Source: Haliotis rufescens (lineage: Eukaryota). Taken from it: a stretch of DNA of 64,000 nucleotides. The stretch lies in NCBI RefSeq assembly GCF_023055435.1, contig NW_025964334.1, positions 14,508,001 to 14,572,000 of the forward strand, in the 5' to 3' direction. This document shows positions 24,373 to 38,419 of this stretch, piece after piece. The position numbers and the translations under genes are program-made. The first letter of the stretch is position 1; the number at the start of each line of letters is the position of its first letter. Under the pieces are notes generated by a model, which did not search any database, had not been told where the DNA came from, and saw only the letters and a list, made by a program, of their open reading frames with translations.

Positions 24373-26487
24373 ATGTGCTCGTTGTCTCCAAAATCCGTAT
24401 TCATTACGGGTGCCAATAGGGGTTTGGGGCTGGAATTTGTGAAGCACTTTCTGCGTCTAGCGAATCCCCCTACCCACCTGTTCGCAGCCTGTAGACAGCC
24501 GGACCAGGCCACGGAGTTGACACAGCTAGCGAGCGAGAATGGAAGTATTCGCGTGGTAAAGCTGGACGTAAGACAGGATGAAGAAATTGCTGCGGCTGTG
24601 GCGGAGGTGGAGAAAGTTGTTGGGGATGATGGACTCAATCTGCTGCTGAACAACGCCGGCGTTAGCCAAAAGGAAGAAGGCCTCGAACCACTGACTCGGG
24701 AAAAGATTAATTTTCACTTCGACATTAATGTTACTGGTAGGTTAATTTATTTTGAAGCCATCATCACTTGTTCTCATGCATGTACGAGAACTCGCGTTTC
24801 TTGTCTGTTTTGTTTGTTGTTTTCCTCGTCGATGCCAGGTGATTGCCTGGTTTGTTTAAATGCCACCGTCACATGACAGGTCGACTGCTGGACGCCTGGC
24901 AACGGATCCTTTAACTTTTATGCAAATTCTTTGATTGGCGTGGACAGGACATGCTTACCCTTTTCGCGAACACCTGGTGTCATCACTGGTTTTCAGTGAT
25001 CCATTCATATACTTTTCACCGCTATTTCGCTTCTTACAAACAATGGAATCTGTTTCCATGGATAATGGAGACTACATCGTTGTTCTCTGGCGTTGACTTT
25101 ATATGTTTTGTGTGTCGCTGATCATTTTGGTATGTGATTTGTTGACTCTATGGTCATTACCTTGACCTTGAGATTTTACGGCTGCATATTGATTGCATAT
25201 AACAAGCCATGCATTCATAACTTATATTGGACTAGGTCTTCAGTTGAATAGACTTTGATTGGCTTTATTAATTAATTGTCTGAATAAATAAAATCTTACA
25301 AACTATTCAAGTTTCAAATAATCCAATCCTGAAATGCAAGCGCATGTCTGTCTTGTATTTAAATATGCCTTACTGACGTGTATGTCGAGGAGAGTAGTGT
25401 TCAGACGACATTATGATGACATTAATAAACTATACACATAACATTCCCACAATTGTTCATCATCTAAACCCGTTGTGTCATACAAAATGTGCAATGTTGC
25501 CCGAAGTCTCGTCACGTTCAACCAGATGTAGGTGAAACAGGTGGTCTTGTGGTCTCAAGCACCGACACTAGATCAGACGGGGGCCGCTATGCGTTCGTTG
25601 GATTCCTCTCGACTATGCCCTTTGCTCTATTACCACGTGGCCCGTGCCCGTGCCTGTGGTTTGTTTGTTTGTTGTTGAACCCTACACTCAGCAATATACG
25701 AGCTCTATGACGGCGGTCTGTAAATAATCGAGTCGGACCGGACAATTCAGTGATTGATGTCATGAGCAACAATCCACGAAATTGGGATGCGATGACATGC
25801 ATGAACCAAGTTAGCGAGCCTGCCCACCCTATCATGTTAGTCGAATCATATGGCAAGTAGAGTCGTCTTTTACGACAAGCATGGGTTAGACCTATTCTAA
25901 CCAGGATCTAAACGGATCGTTCCCGAATAGTTTGTTTGTTGTTGTTTAATGCCGCACTCAGATGGGATGGGATTTTGTATGCTGAATGTGTAAAACCAGA
26001 TTAAAAAAATAATATAAAAAATATGAACCTAAATATTTCGATAACGCCTTTATGTGGTCTCAGAGGACATGTTCTCTTTTCAGTCCCACTGTTGATTAGT
26101 AAAGCGTTACTTCCCACACTGAGACGAGCCGCAGACAAGGTAGAGTTCAGCTGCAGCAGAGCAGCCATCATCAATCTCTCTTCTATCTTAAGCCTTATCA
26201 ACCATATCAACAAAATAAACGACTTCCGCTACCCTTACAACAGCTCAAAGTGTGCCCTCAACATGGTGACCGATATTCTCGCGAGAGAAGTTTCCCCGGA
26301 CGGGGTGTTGGTGGCTGGGATCCATCCCGGGTGGGTCAGGACCGACATGGGAGGCCCTAACGCAATGATAGATAAGGAAGAAAGTATTTCCAAGTGTATG
26401 AATACATTTGCAGCGATGAATAAAGATTCGTCAGGGTTGCTGTATTCATACACAGGAGATATCTTTGATTGGAATTACGGGGTCTAG
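24373..26487 (+). CDS. C-factor/sniffer-like SDR, copy 2 (exons 24373-24736 and 26084-26487; 255 aa)
   Basis: Same motifs and exon lengths as copy 1; GT-AG phase-1 intron. Confidence 0.93.
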
Positions 26488-28819
26488 TTAAATACAACGT
26501 TTGTTTTTTACCTGAAAATATATCATGCAATAGGTTGTAAGGTTATGGAAGAAGTTATTCAATCGTTTAATTTTGTTTTCCTTGTCGAATAAGCTTTATA
26601 TTTCAATGATTATTCAAATATTCGGATTTAATAAAACGGAGTTAGGGAAGATCCATGTGATTTGAATATTTCACCACGGCCAACAAACTGTTCATTTTGG
26701 CTATATTACTGAACAAATATTACTATCTATTTAAACAAGCCTACGCCCCACCATCAATAGAAATCAAATGGATGTTTCTGATTCTGATTCTAAGTATCCT
26801 CTTTTAATCCTCCGGATAGTTGGAATTCTCTCGAGTAATACGTTTCTGAGTTGCGCTGTAATATACTTGTTAATGCAGGATGAGAATCAATATCAAACAA
26901 TATAAAGTATATGTGACATATGGACCACGTACTGGCTAGTTAAGATTCCTTTTCAGGAACAGATTAATAAATGGGGTTCCACCTGAATTATGTTGTGTTT
27001 GTATTTTGCAAGAATGGTGACATCAATTCAAAGAAGAAAGACAGGTAATTTAGACAAGGATGACGCAGCCATCTACAGCGCCCAATGTCTTGTTCATAGG
27101 CAACATTGTTCCTATGATCGTGGGTTCGAACCCCAGAATCGCCTGATTATTTTGTTGTTGTTGTCAGCACTGTTCCCGTGCTCGTGTGTTTCACCCAAGT
27201 TGTAAAGGCTGCATCATTGCTTTTCTCCCACATCTCCGCCTGGAACGATGTTATATAACTGAAATACTGTTCAAGTGGTGTTAAACAAATACACACTTAC
27301 TTAAAGAATTCTTAAAAAGGTTACTACACATGCTTTATACTCGCTATAAATGGATACTTAGGTATATATGCTGTACACAAAAGACAGTTTTAAACAGTAA
27401 CACTTCATCATACAGCTAAAATTAGCAATCTAAAATGGACGTCCCATGGGAGCTTTTGTCGGTTACGTAAGATAATAAGGTAGCGAGTCACGTCATCGTG
27501 TGACATCATACCGGACAGTTGTAGCATCAAAACACACAAATTGCAACGATGCCTCCCCGAATCCCTCACTAAGCCCTGCTTTTATCTTGACTAATAATTT
27601 GATCTACAGGGCCAAAATGGATTTGGCTATTCTACCAGAAACAGAAAATGACAGAGAAGTACAAACTTTTTTCAATTTGAACCTATATCTGCCAAAACGA
27701 ACGACAGGAATACTGCCGACGATTCCAGCAGTTTACAAGAACACACTGACGATCCCGATCTCGACGATGTTTTGCATAGACATCATATAGACTGGTATGC
27801 TGGTCATTTGCGTATTATGTGTCATAATTACAGAGTAGATATGGAATTAATGTTTCAGCTGTCACAGTAAAATGTGCAGTCATAATTACCGTAAAGTTAC
27901 ACCAATATGCTAAGCCACGTCCATATGAGACAGTAAATGCTCAAATCGCAATTTACAAGTAAATTATTTTAAGATAATATTTAAGACTTTTATAATGAGA
28001 TGTTATAATACTTCTTATGACGAAATGTGCCCAGAAGAAGGATCGAATATGGGCATAAACTTTTCTGTGAAATACCGTTACGTCAGTCAATGCACGGACA
28101 CAGTACCCTAGATTCGTTTGTGTGACATATCAAAGAGAAGCAATGAAAGAGTGCATCGAAGTTCAGTTTTATGACATTTTCAATTTCCATGAACGTCTAA
28201 AATATTGGTAAGCTGTTGTGATATTTATTGTGGAATATACATGTAAAATAAATTATATAGTGAATGTAAAATGTAAAATTATTATTAAATTTTAGTGTGA
28301 ATTTAAAAACAAATGTGTCATAAATAAGAAATATGCGAACAAACAACAGTCAGGCCCACAAGACGATAACGAACCAATTCATAAGTATGTTCCTTCAAAA
28401 CTGATAATAACTATAACCAAAGAAAATATAGCTGCATAGATTAGAATTGACATATCCTTATCACTGTTATGCATTAATTATTAAATATAATCGTCAGTGA
28501 GTGAAAAAGAAATATTATCATTGCTTTATAGTTGTAAATGACATGAATATAGTGATCAGTTCCAAAGCAAGACCTTCAATGAAATTAAGGATTAACTAGC
28601 ACAAAACTAAATGTGTAAATGTTGTATTTGCATACCTTTTTAACATACAAAAGTGCTCGTTGTGTGGCATACCGTCGATTTAACAGAAAATCGATTGTCC
28701 CATACCATCATGTGAGGTGAGGCAGTTGAGGCGAGGTGAAATGGGGTTTAAGGTAGCGTCCAAGGTGTGTTACGGCATATATTGTCGCGGGGGTGGGGGG
28801 GGGGGGGGGGGGGGGGGGT

Positions 28820-31800
28820 CTCACTGTGATGAAGTACAGGATGGATGCCTGACTGATGAAGGACGGGAGGTACATTCTGACTGTGATGGACAGAAAGGAG
28901 AGTCTGACTGTGATGAAGGGCAGGAAGGAATATCTGACTGTGATGAAGGACAGGAAGGAGTGCCTGACCGTGATGACTGACAGGAAGGAGAGCCTGGCCG
29001 TGATGAATGACAGGAAGGAGAGCCTGACCGTGATGAAGAAGAAGAGGAAGTAATGTCTGACCGTGATGAAGGACAGGAATGAATGTCTAACTGTGATCAA
29101 GGACAGGAAGGAGAGTCTGACTGTGATCAAGGACGGGAAGGAATATCTGACTGTGATGAAGGACAGGAAGGATAGTCTGACTGTGATGAAGGACAGGAAG
29201 GAATGCCTGACCGTGATGAATGACAGGAAGGAGAGCCTGAACGTGATGAAGAAGAAGAAGTAATGTCTGACTGTGATGAAGGACAGGAATGAATGTCTGA
29301 CTGTGATGAAGGACAGGAATGAATGTCTGCCTGTGATGATGGACAGGAATTAATGTCTGCCTGTGATGAAGGACAGGAATGAATGTCTGACTGTGATGAA
29401 GGACAGGATGGATGCCTGACTGATGAAGGACGGGAGGTACATTCTGACTGTGATGGACAGAAAGGAGAGTCTGACTGTGATGAAGGGCAGGAAGGAATAT
29501 CTGACTGTGATGAAGGACAGGAAGGAGTGCCTGACCGTGATGACTGACAGGAAGGAGAGCCTGGCCGTGATGAATGACAGGAAGGAGAGCCTGACCGTGA
29601 TGAAGAAGAAGAGGAAGTAATGTCTGACCGTGATGAAGGACAGGAATGAATGTCTAACTGTGATCAAGGACAGGAAGGAGAGTCTGACTGTGATCAAGGA
29701 CGGGAAGGAATATCTGACTGTGATGAAGGACAGGAAGGATAGTCTGACTGTGATGAAGGACAGGAAGGAATGCCTGACCGTGATGAATGACAGGAAGGAG
29801 AGCCTGAACGTGATGAAGAAGAAGAAGTAATGTCTGACTGTGATGAAGGACAGGAATGAATGTCTGACTGTGATGAAGGACAGGAATGAATGTCTGCCTG
29901 TGATGATGGACAGGAATTAATGTCTGCCTGTGATGAAGGACAGGAATGAATGTCTGACTGTGATGAAGGACAGGAAGGAGTGCCTGACCGTGATGAATGA
30001 CAGGAAGGAGTGCCTGACCGTGATGAAGAAAAGGAAGTAATGTCTGACTGTGATGAAGGACAGGAATGAATGTCTGACTGTGATGAAGGACAGGAAGGAG
30101 CGTCAGACCGTGATGAAGGACAGGAATGAATGTTTGCCTGTGATGAATGACAGGAAGGAGAGCCTGACCGTGATGAAGAAGAGGAAGTAATGTCTGACTG
30201 TGATGAAGGACAGGAATGAATATCTGACTGTGATGAAGGACAGGAATGAATGTCTGCCTGTGATGAAGGACAGGAATTAATGTCTGCCTGTGATGAAGGA
30301 CAGGAAGTAATGTCTGACTGTGATGAAGGACAGGAAGGAGTGCCTGACCGTGATGAATGACAGGAAGGAGTGCCTGACTGTGATGAAGAAAAGGAAGTAA
30401 TGTCTGACTGTGATGAAGGACAGGAATGAATGTCTGCCTGTGATGAAGGACAGGATGGAGAGTCTGACTGTGATGAAGGACATGAAGGAATGTCTGACTG
30501 TGATGAAGGACAGGAAGGAGTGCCTGACCGTGATGAATGACAGGAAGTGGGGCCTGACCGTGATGAAGAAAAGGAAGTAATGTCTGACTGTGATGAAGGA
30601 CAGGAATGAATGTCTGTCTGTGATGAAGGACATGAATGAATGTCTGCCTGTGATGAAGGACATGAAGGAATGTCTGACTGTGATGAAGGACAGGAATGAA
30701 TGTCTGACTGTGATGAAGGACAGGAATTAATGTCTGCCTGTGATGAAGGACATGAAGGAATGTCTGACTGTGATGAAGGACAGGAAGGAGTGCCTGACCG
30801 TGATGAATGACAGGAAGTGGGGCCTGACCGTGATGAAGAAAAGGAAGTAATGTCTGACTGTGATGAAGGACAGGAATGAATGTCTGACTGTGATGAAGGA
30901 CATGAATGAATGTTTGCCTGTGATGAAGGACAGTAAGGAGAGCCTGACCGTGATGAAGGACAGGAAGGAGAGTTTGCCTGTGATGAAGGACAGGAAGGAG
31001 CATCTGAATGTGATGAAGGACAGAAATAAATGTCTGACTGTGATGAAGGACAGGAATGAATGTCTGACTGTGATGAAGGACAGGAAGGAGAGCCTGACCG
31101 TGATGAAGAAGAAGAGGAAGTAATGTCTGACTGTGATGAAGGACAGGAATGAATGTCTGACTGTGATGAAGGACAGGATGGAGAGTCTGACTGTGATGAA
31201 GGACAGGAAGGAGTGCCTGACCGTGATGAAGGACAGGAATGAATGTTTGCCTGTGCTGAAGGTCAGTAAGGAGGGCCTGACCGTGATGAAGGACAGGAAG
31301 GAGAGTTTGCCTGTGATGAAGGCAAGGAAGGAGCGTCTGAATGTGATGAAGGACAGGAATAAATGTCTGCCTGTGATGAAGGACATGAATGAATGTCTGA
31401 CTGTGATGAAGGACAGGAATGAATGTCTGTCTGTGATGTTGGACAGGAATGAATGTCTGACTGTGATGAAGGACATGAAGGAATGTCTGCCTGTGATGAA
31501 GGACAGGAATGAATGTCTGCCTGTGATGAAGGACAGAAAGGAGTGCCTGACCGTGATGAATGAAAGGAAGGGGAGCCTGACCGTGATGAAGAAGAGGAAG
31601 TAATGTCTGACTGTGATGAAGGACAGGAATGAATGTCTGACTGTGATGAAGGACAGGAATAAATGTCTGCCTGTGATGAAGGACAGGAATGAATGTCTGA
31701 CTGTGATGAAGGACAGGAATGAATGTCTGACTGTGATGAAGGACAGGAATGAATGTCTGCCTGTGATGAAGGACAGGAAGGAGTGCCTGACCGTGATGAA

Positions 31801-33785
31801 TGACAGGAAGGGAGCCTGACCGTGATGAAGAAAAGGAAGTAATGTCTGCCAGTGATGAAGGACAGTAAGGAGAGCCTGGCCGTGATGAAGGACAGGAAGG
31901 AGAGTTTGCCTGTGATGAAGGACAGGAAGGAGCGTCTGACCGTGATGAAGGACAGAAAGGAGATACTGATCATGATGAAGGACAGGAATGAGCGTCTGAC
32001 TGACATAAAGGACAGGAAGGAGAGTCTGACGGTGATGAAGGACAGGAAGGAGTGTCTGACCGTGATAAAGGAAAAGAAGGAATGTCTCACTGTGATGAAG
32101 GACAGGAAAGAGTGTCTGACTGTGATGAAGTACAGGATGGACGCCTGACTTATGAAGGACGGGAGGTACAGTCTGACTGTGATGAAGGACAGGAAGGAGT
32201 ACCTGACCGTGGTGAAGGACAGGAATGAATGTTTGCCTGTGATGAAGGACAGTAAGGAGAGCCTGACCGTGATGAAAGACAGGAAGGAGAGTTTGCCTGT
32301 GATGAAGGCAAGGAAGGAGCGTCTGACCGTGATAAAGGACAGAAAGGAGACACTGATCATGATGAAGGACAGGAAGGAGATTCTGCCTGTGATGAAGGAC
32401 AGGAAGGAGTGTCTGACCGTAATGAAGGACAGGAATGAGCGTCTGACCGACATGAAGGTAAGGAAGGGGAGCCTGACTGTGATGAAGGACAGAAATGAGC
32501 GTATGGCCGTGATGAAGGACAGGAAGGAGAGCCTGACCGTGATGAAGAAGTCGAAGTAATGTCTGACCGTGATGAAGGACAGGAATGAATGTCTGACTGT
32601 GACGAAGGACAGGAATGAATGTCTGTCTGTGATGAAGGACAGGAAGGAGCGTCAGACCGTGATGAAGGACAGGAATGAATGTTTGCCTGTGATGAAGGAC
32701 AGGAAGGAGAGCCTGACCGTGATGAAGGACAGGAAGGAGCGTCTGCCTGTGATGAAGGACAGGAAGGAGCGTCTGACCGTGATGAAGGACAGGAAGAAGA
32801 TACTGATTATGATGAAGGACAGGAAGGAGCGTCTGACTGACATGAAGGACAGGGAAGAAGTTTGATTGTGATGAAGGACAGGGAGGAGTGTCTGACCGTG
32901 ATGAAGGAAAGGAAGGAATGTCTCACTGTGATGAAGGACAGGAAAGAGTGTCTGACTGTGATGAAGGACAGGATGGATGCCTGACTGATGAAGGACGGGA
33001 GGTACAGTCTGACTGTGATGAAGATCAGGAAGGAGTGCCTGACCGTGATGAAGGACATGAATGAATGTTTGCCTGTGATGAAGGACAGTAAGGAGAGCCT
33101 GACCGTGATGAAGGACAGGAAGGAGAGTTTGCCTGTGATGAAGGACAGGAAGGAGCGTCTGAATGTGATGAAGGACAGAAATAAATGTCTGACTGTGATG
33201 AAGGACAGGAATGAATGTCTGACTGTGATGAAGGACAGGAAGGAGAGCCTGACCGTGATGAAGAAGAAGAGGAAGTAATGTCTGACTGTGATGAAGGACA
33301 GGAATGAATGTCTGCCTGTGATGAAGGACAGGATGGAGAGTCTGACTGTGATGAAGGACGGGAAGGAATATCTGACTGTGGTGAAGGACGGGAAGGAGAG
33401 TCTGACTGTGATGAAGGACAGAAAGGAGTGCCTGACTGTGATGAATGACAGGAAGGGGAGCCTGACCGTGATGAAGAAGAGGAAGTAATGTCTGACTGTG
33501 ATGAAGGACAGGAATGAATGTCTGACTGTGATGAAGGACAGGAATGAATGTCTGCCTGTGATGAAGGACAGGAAGGAGCGTCAGACCGTGATGAAGGACA
33601 GGAATGAATGACTGACATGAAGGACAGGAAGGGGAGTCTGACTGTGATGAAGGACAGGAAGGAGTGACTGACTGTGATGAAGGACAGGAAAGAGTGTCTG
33701 ACTGTGATGAAGGACAGGAAGGAGTGTCTGACGGTGATGAAGGACAGGATGGAGATACTGGTCATGATGAAGGACAGGGAGGAGA
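28820..33785. repeat. 30-bp purine-rich minisatellite, about 5 kb (roughly 165 units)
   Basis: Unit about ctgactgtgatgaaggacaggaa(g/t)ga(a/g)tgt; preceded by a poly-G tract at about 28788-28818; contains a 567-bp higher-order duplication. Confidence 0.95.
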
Positions 33786-34252
33786 GTTCAGGAGGCGGTG
33801 CAGGAGAGATGGTCTCCCTGATGACCGCGTGCTGAATATAGAGACCATTTCTAGATCTCGTTTCTTCAGGTTTCTCCAGGTTTCGCTGAATCGTTCACGA
33901 GTGTCTCGCTACTGGATAGTCACGTTCGAAACTCAGGTTTCGTCAGTAAGCGGTTTTCGGGAGATGGTTCGATCTAGATTCTGGCTTAGTCTGGTTGTAC
34001 TGAACTAAACTTAGTTACTAAGGTTTGTAATATTCAGTTTTGCTGGTAATCCAGGGAGAACCAACCTTCCTGTGATATTGTCTAGCTATTTAGGAATTTA
34101 AGTCTGAATTTAAGTTTAAGACTTATTTTAAGGGATAGTGTTTATTTCTCGTTATTTAACCCAGCTGAGGTTATTCATTCATCAGAGCGTTGAGTTAATT
34201 GACTCAGGTGATAATCGGCCGCAACCGACTTACTTGGCTGTCTATGCATCTG

Positions 34253-34341
34253 GGCCCACTTGCACAAAGCGATCTTAGCGCTAAGACTATTGTAAGCCTA
34301 TGTTAAAGTATGGGCTAAGATCGCTTTGTGCAAGTGGGCCC
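34253..34341. mobile_element. Short palindromic MITE (PIF/Harbinger-like)
   Basis: gggcccacttgcacaaagcgatcttagc / gctaagatcgctttgtgcaagtgggccc, a perfect 28-bp inverted repeat. Confidence 0.75.
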
Positions 34342-35179
34342 TGGTCAGTTTCTTGTGTTGTTTAACTACTCCTTTTATTGCTGTAATATAATTGTTTAGC
34401 TTAATCTTTCTGATCATTCAGTTCCGACGTTCATACAGTTTGGCCCTCACTCTATGAAGGTTCATACCCCAATGAACTCACTCAAAGTGAAAGTCATTTC
34501 TAAAATGAATGACAAGTCTACTTACAAAACCTGCGACATGCGCGAAAACTGTGAAAACGCCATCATGGCATACATCACTTAGTATTGAGTAAGGAGTGAG
34601 TTGGTACCGTTGTACGCAGCATTTAGCAATACATGGGAAGCATTTTTAAATGGATATTTTCCGATTGATATGATTTGTTTGTTTTGTTTGTTTGTTTAAC
34701 GCCACATTCAGCAATATTCCAATTATTTGACGGAAGTCTGCAAAATTCGCCTCTTAACCAGACACTCCCGTGATTGACATCATGAGCATCGATCCACACA
34801 ATAGGGATACACTGGCATGCATCAATCAAGTCAGCGAGCCTGACGACCTGATCCTGTTAGTCGCCACTTACAAAAGACAGTCGCTGTTCATGGCAAGCAT
34901 GGGCTGCTGAAGACCTCTTCACAGATCTTCACGGGTTGAGAGTGCCAGCAGTTGGTGCAGTCGCCTATCTCCCTTCCACGAAGTTAAGGATGAACTGACA
35001 CTCTCAACGATTTTTTCAGATCGTTTCTAGATCGCATGATGCCTGATAACCCAATAAAATGACCCATTAAAATGATAAATGAGAAAAGAATTTGGTCACC
35101 GCTAAGAAAATTTCGATTGTAGTTATCTCCCTTTGTTTACACGTCCGTTTCTGTTGCAACAAGACTCGCTTCGATGACC

Positions 35180-37413
35180 ATGTGCACGTTGTCTCCAAAA
35201 TCCGTATTCATTACGGGTGCCAATAGGGGTTTGGGGCTGGAATTTGTGAAGCACTTTCTGCGTCTAGCGAATCCCCCTACCCACCTGTTCGCAGCATGTA
35301 GACAGCCGGACCAGGCCACGGAGTTGACGCAGCTAGCGAGCGAGAATGGAAGTATTCGCGTGGTAAAGCTGGACGTAAGACAGGACGAAGAAATCGCTGC
35401 GGCTGTGGCGGAGGTGGAGAAAGTTGTTGGCGATGATGGACTCAATCTGCTGCTGAACAACGCCGGTGTCAACCAACAGGAACAGGGCATCGAACCACTG
35501 ACACGGGAGAAGATGAATTATCACCTCGACTGCAATGTTACGGGTAGGTTAATTTATCGATGACAGACGATTGCCTGTTTTTTTTACCTGGCAACAAATC
35601 CTCTAATTATTATGCAAGTTCTGTGAGTGGTGGGGTTCGACATGCTTTCCCTTTTCGCGAACACCTGGTGTCATCACTGATTTTGTGTGATCAATTCATG
35701 TATTTTTTAGATCTATTTTGCCTGTGACGTACAATGGTTGGTTGGTTGGTTGGTTGGTTTGTTGTTTTACGCCGCACTCAGCAATATTCCACGTACAATG
35801 GAATCTGTTTCCTCGGATAATCGAGACAGCATTGTTATTCTCTGGCGTTGACATTTAAATTACGTGTTACGTATGTGTCTAGATGATTCTCTTGGCATGT
35901 GATTTGTTGACTTTATGGTCCATTATATTATTTTTTAAGCATAGCCAATGATCTCATTACCTTGAGATTATACTGCTTCATATTGATCTACATATAACAA
36001 GGGACCGCCTCCGTGGTCTTGTGGTAGAGCGTCCGCCCGGAGAGCGGAAGGTCCAGGGTTCGATCCCGGGCCGCGTCATACAAAAAGACGTTAAAAGATT
36101 GTACTTGTTGTTACCCTGTCTGGCGCTCGGCATTAAAGGGCTAAAACAAGGACTGGTCGGCTCGGAGTCAGTATACTGTGTCTGAGTGGGGTATTCATGT
36201 TAAACTGCGGCATGGTATCTCAGTGAGCTAGCACTATAAATCGGCATCAGTCCGGACTAGTACAAGCAGCCATACACACACATACACGTGCATGCACGTC
36301 GCTATATAAGTGCAATAATCTTTGACGCGACGTTAAACCCAATTTCATCTCACCTCACCTCACATATAACAAGGCATGCATTCATAAGCTAACTTGGACT
36401 TTTTGTTGTGATAACACTTTGATTATCTTTTTTAATGAGTTGCCTGAATAAAAACAAATTACAAAATATTCAAGTTTGAAATAACCCAAACCTGAAATGT
36501 AAGATAATCTCTTTTACATCATGCTTATAAATATTCCTTTCTGACGTATATGTCGAGGCATGTATGAGGGCATAAAAATATTGTAACATTTCGACAATAG
36601 TATTGTCTTTTGAAGCCGTTATGTCTTAAACACTGTGTTATATTGCCCGAGGTCTCTTCACCCGCAACAAGATGTAGGTAATACAGGTGGTCTAGTTGTC
36701 TCAAGTGCTGACACTCTATCAGACCGGTGCGCTATGCATGGGTTATATTCTTCCCGAGTATGCCCTTTGCTCTGTGACCACTGTGCCGTGCCAGTGGTTT
36801 GTTTTTTGTTGTTTAACGTTACACTCAGCAATATTACAGCTATGTGACGTCTGGACCACACAGTTCAGTGATTGATATCATGAACATCGATCCACGCAAC
36901 TGGGATGACATGCATCAATCAAGTCAACGAGCCTCACAAATTATAATTATGAGCCTAAATATTTCGATAACGCCTTTATGTGGTCTCACAGGACATGTTC
37001 TCTTTTCAGCCCCACTGTTGATTAGTAAAGCGTTACTTCCCACACTGAGACGAGCCGCAGACAAGGTAGAGTTCAGCTGCAGCAGAGCGGCCATCATCAA
37101 TCTCTCTTCTATCTTGAGCCTTATCAACCACATCAACAAAATAAACGACTTCCGCTACCCTTACAACAGCTCAAAGTGTGCCCTCAACATGGTGACCGAT
37201 ATTCTCGCGAGAGAAGTTTCCCCGGACGGGGTGTTGGTGGCTGGGATCCACCCCGGGTGGGTCAGGACCGACATGGGAGGTCCTAACGCAATGATAGATA
37301 AGGAAGAAAGTATTTCCAAGTGTATGAATACATTTGCAGCGATGAATAAAGATTCGTCAGGGTTGCTGTATTCATACACAGGAGATATCTTTGAATGGAA
37401 TTCCAGGCCCTAA
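35180..37413 (+). CDS. C-factor/sniffer-like SDR, copy 3 (exons 35180-35543 and 37010-37413; 255 aa; alternative ATG at 35174)
   Basis: Same SDR motifs and identical exon lengths; GT-AG phase-1 intron. Confidence 0.93.
36001..36360 (+). mobile_element. Family M SINE in the intron of SDR copy 3
   Basis: Near-identical to the 17550 copy; TSD acatataacaag; absent at the equivalent site in the copy 2 intron (about 25195-25210). Confidence 0.88.
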
Positions 37414-38182
37414 GTAATTGCAACGTATGTTATTTGCCTGAAAATATATCATGCAATAGGTTGTTAGGTTATGGAAGAAATTATTATATGTGCGAAAATA
37501 TTGTTTACCTTGTAGAATAAGCATTATATTTCAATGTTTATTTAAATATTCTGATTTGATAAAACGGAGTTAGGGAAGATCCATGTGATTTGAAAATTCA
37601 CACAAATTGTTCCCTTTTTTCACCACGGTCAACAAACTGTTCATTTTAGGCATATTACTGAAAAAACTATCCAATTAAACAATCCCCCGCCCCACCACCA
37701 GCAATAGAAATCAAATGGATGTTCCCGTACTGATTCCTCTTTTAATCCTCAGGATAGTTGGAATTCCCTCGAGTAATGAGTTGTGCTGTAATATACTTGT
37801 AGATGCAGGATGAGAATCAATATCAAACAATATAAAGTATATGTGACATATGGACCACGTACTGGTTAGTTGAGATTCCTTTTCAGGAACAGATTAATAA
37901 ATGTGGTGCCAATCTGAAATATGCTGTGTTTGTATTTTGCAAGAATGTTGGCATCATTTCAAAGAAGAAAGACAGGCTATTGGGACGGAGACACCTACAG
38001 TGGCCAATTCATTGTTCATAGGTTTGTCAGGAACCTATGATCGTGGGTCCGAAGCCCAGAGTCGCCTGATTATGTTTTTAGGTTTGTCAGCACTGTTCCC
38101 GTGCTCGTGTATTTCACCCAAGTTGTAAAGCGTGTTTCATTGCTTATGTCAAGCTGGAACGTCGTGATATAACTGAAATACT

Positions 38183-38419
38183 AACAATAGCTCATAACAT
38201 AGCTTTCGGCCATGGGAACCGTGTCAGAGGGGTACTCAAAGTACGTGATCTAGACTACCAGTTGTCGGACTTTCATTTTTGTGGAAGCCTCGGTGGCTGA
38301 GTGGGTGCCTCACACTGGCAAGTGTGGGTTCGAATCCCGGATGTACTTCACTAAGAAAGTGTTGTCCCAAATATAACATTTGTTACATTTGACCACTTTC
38401 TAAATGGCATTGTGTACTC
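38183..38419 (+). mobile_element. ~237-bp retroposed insertion with internal tRNA-like boxes
   Basis: Flanked by a 14-bp duplication ataactgaaatact; contains ggtggctgagtgg and gggttcgaatccc. Confidence 0.55.

Noticed and set aside
29654-32453. Long ORFs (449, 396 and 249 aa) inside the 30-bp satellite as real genes
   Set aside because: They follow from a unit length divisible by three; there is no proper start or splice context and several frames are open at once.
28820-33785. CRISPR array (also considered for the 47-bp and 40-bp arrays)
   Set aside because: Head-to-tail repeats without unique spacers, no cas genes, eukaryotic context.
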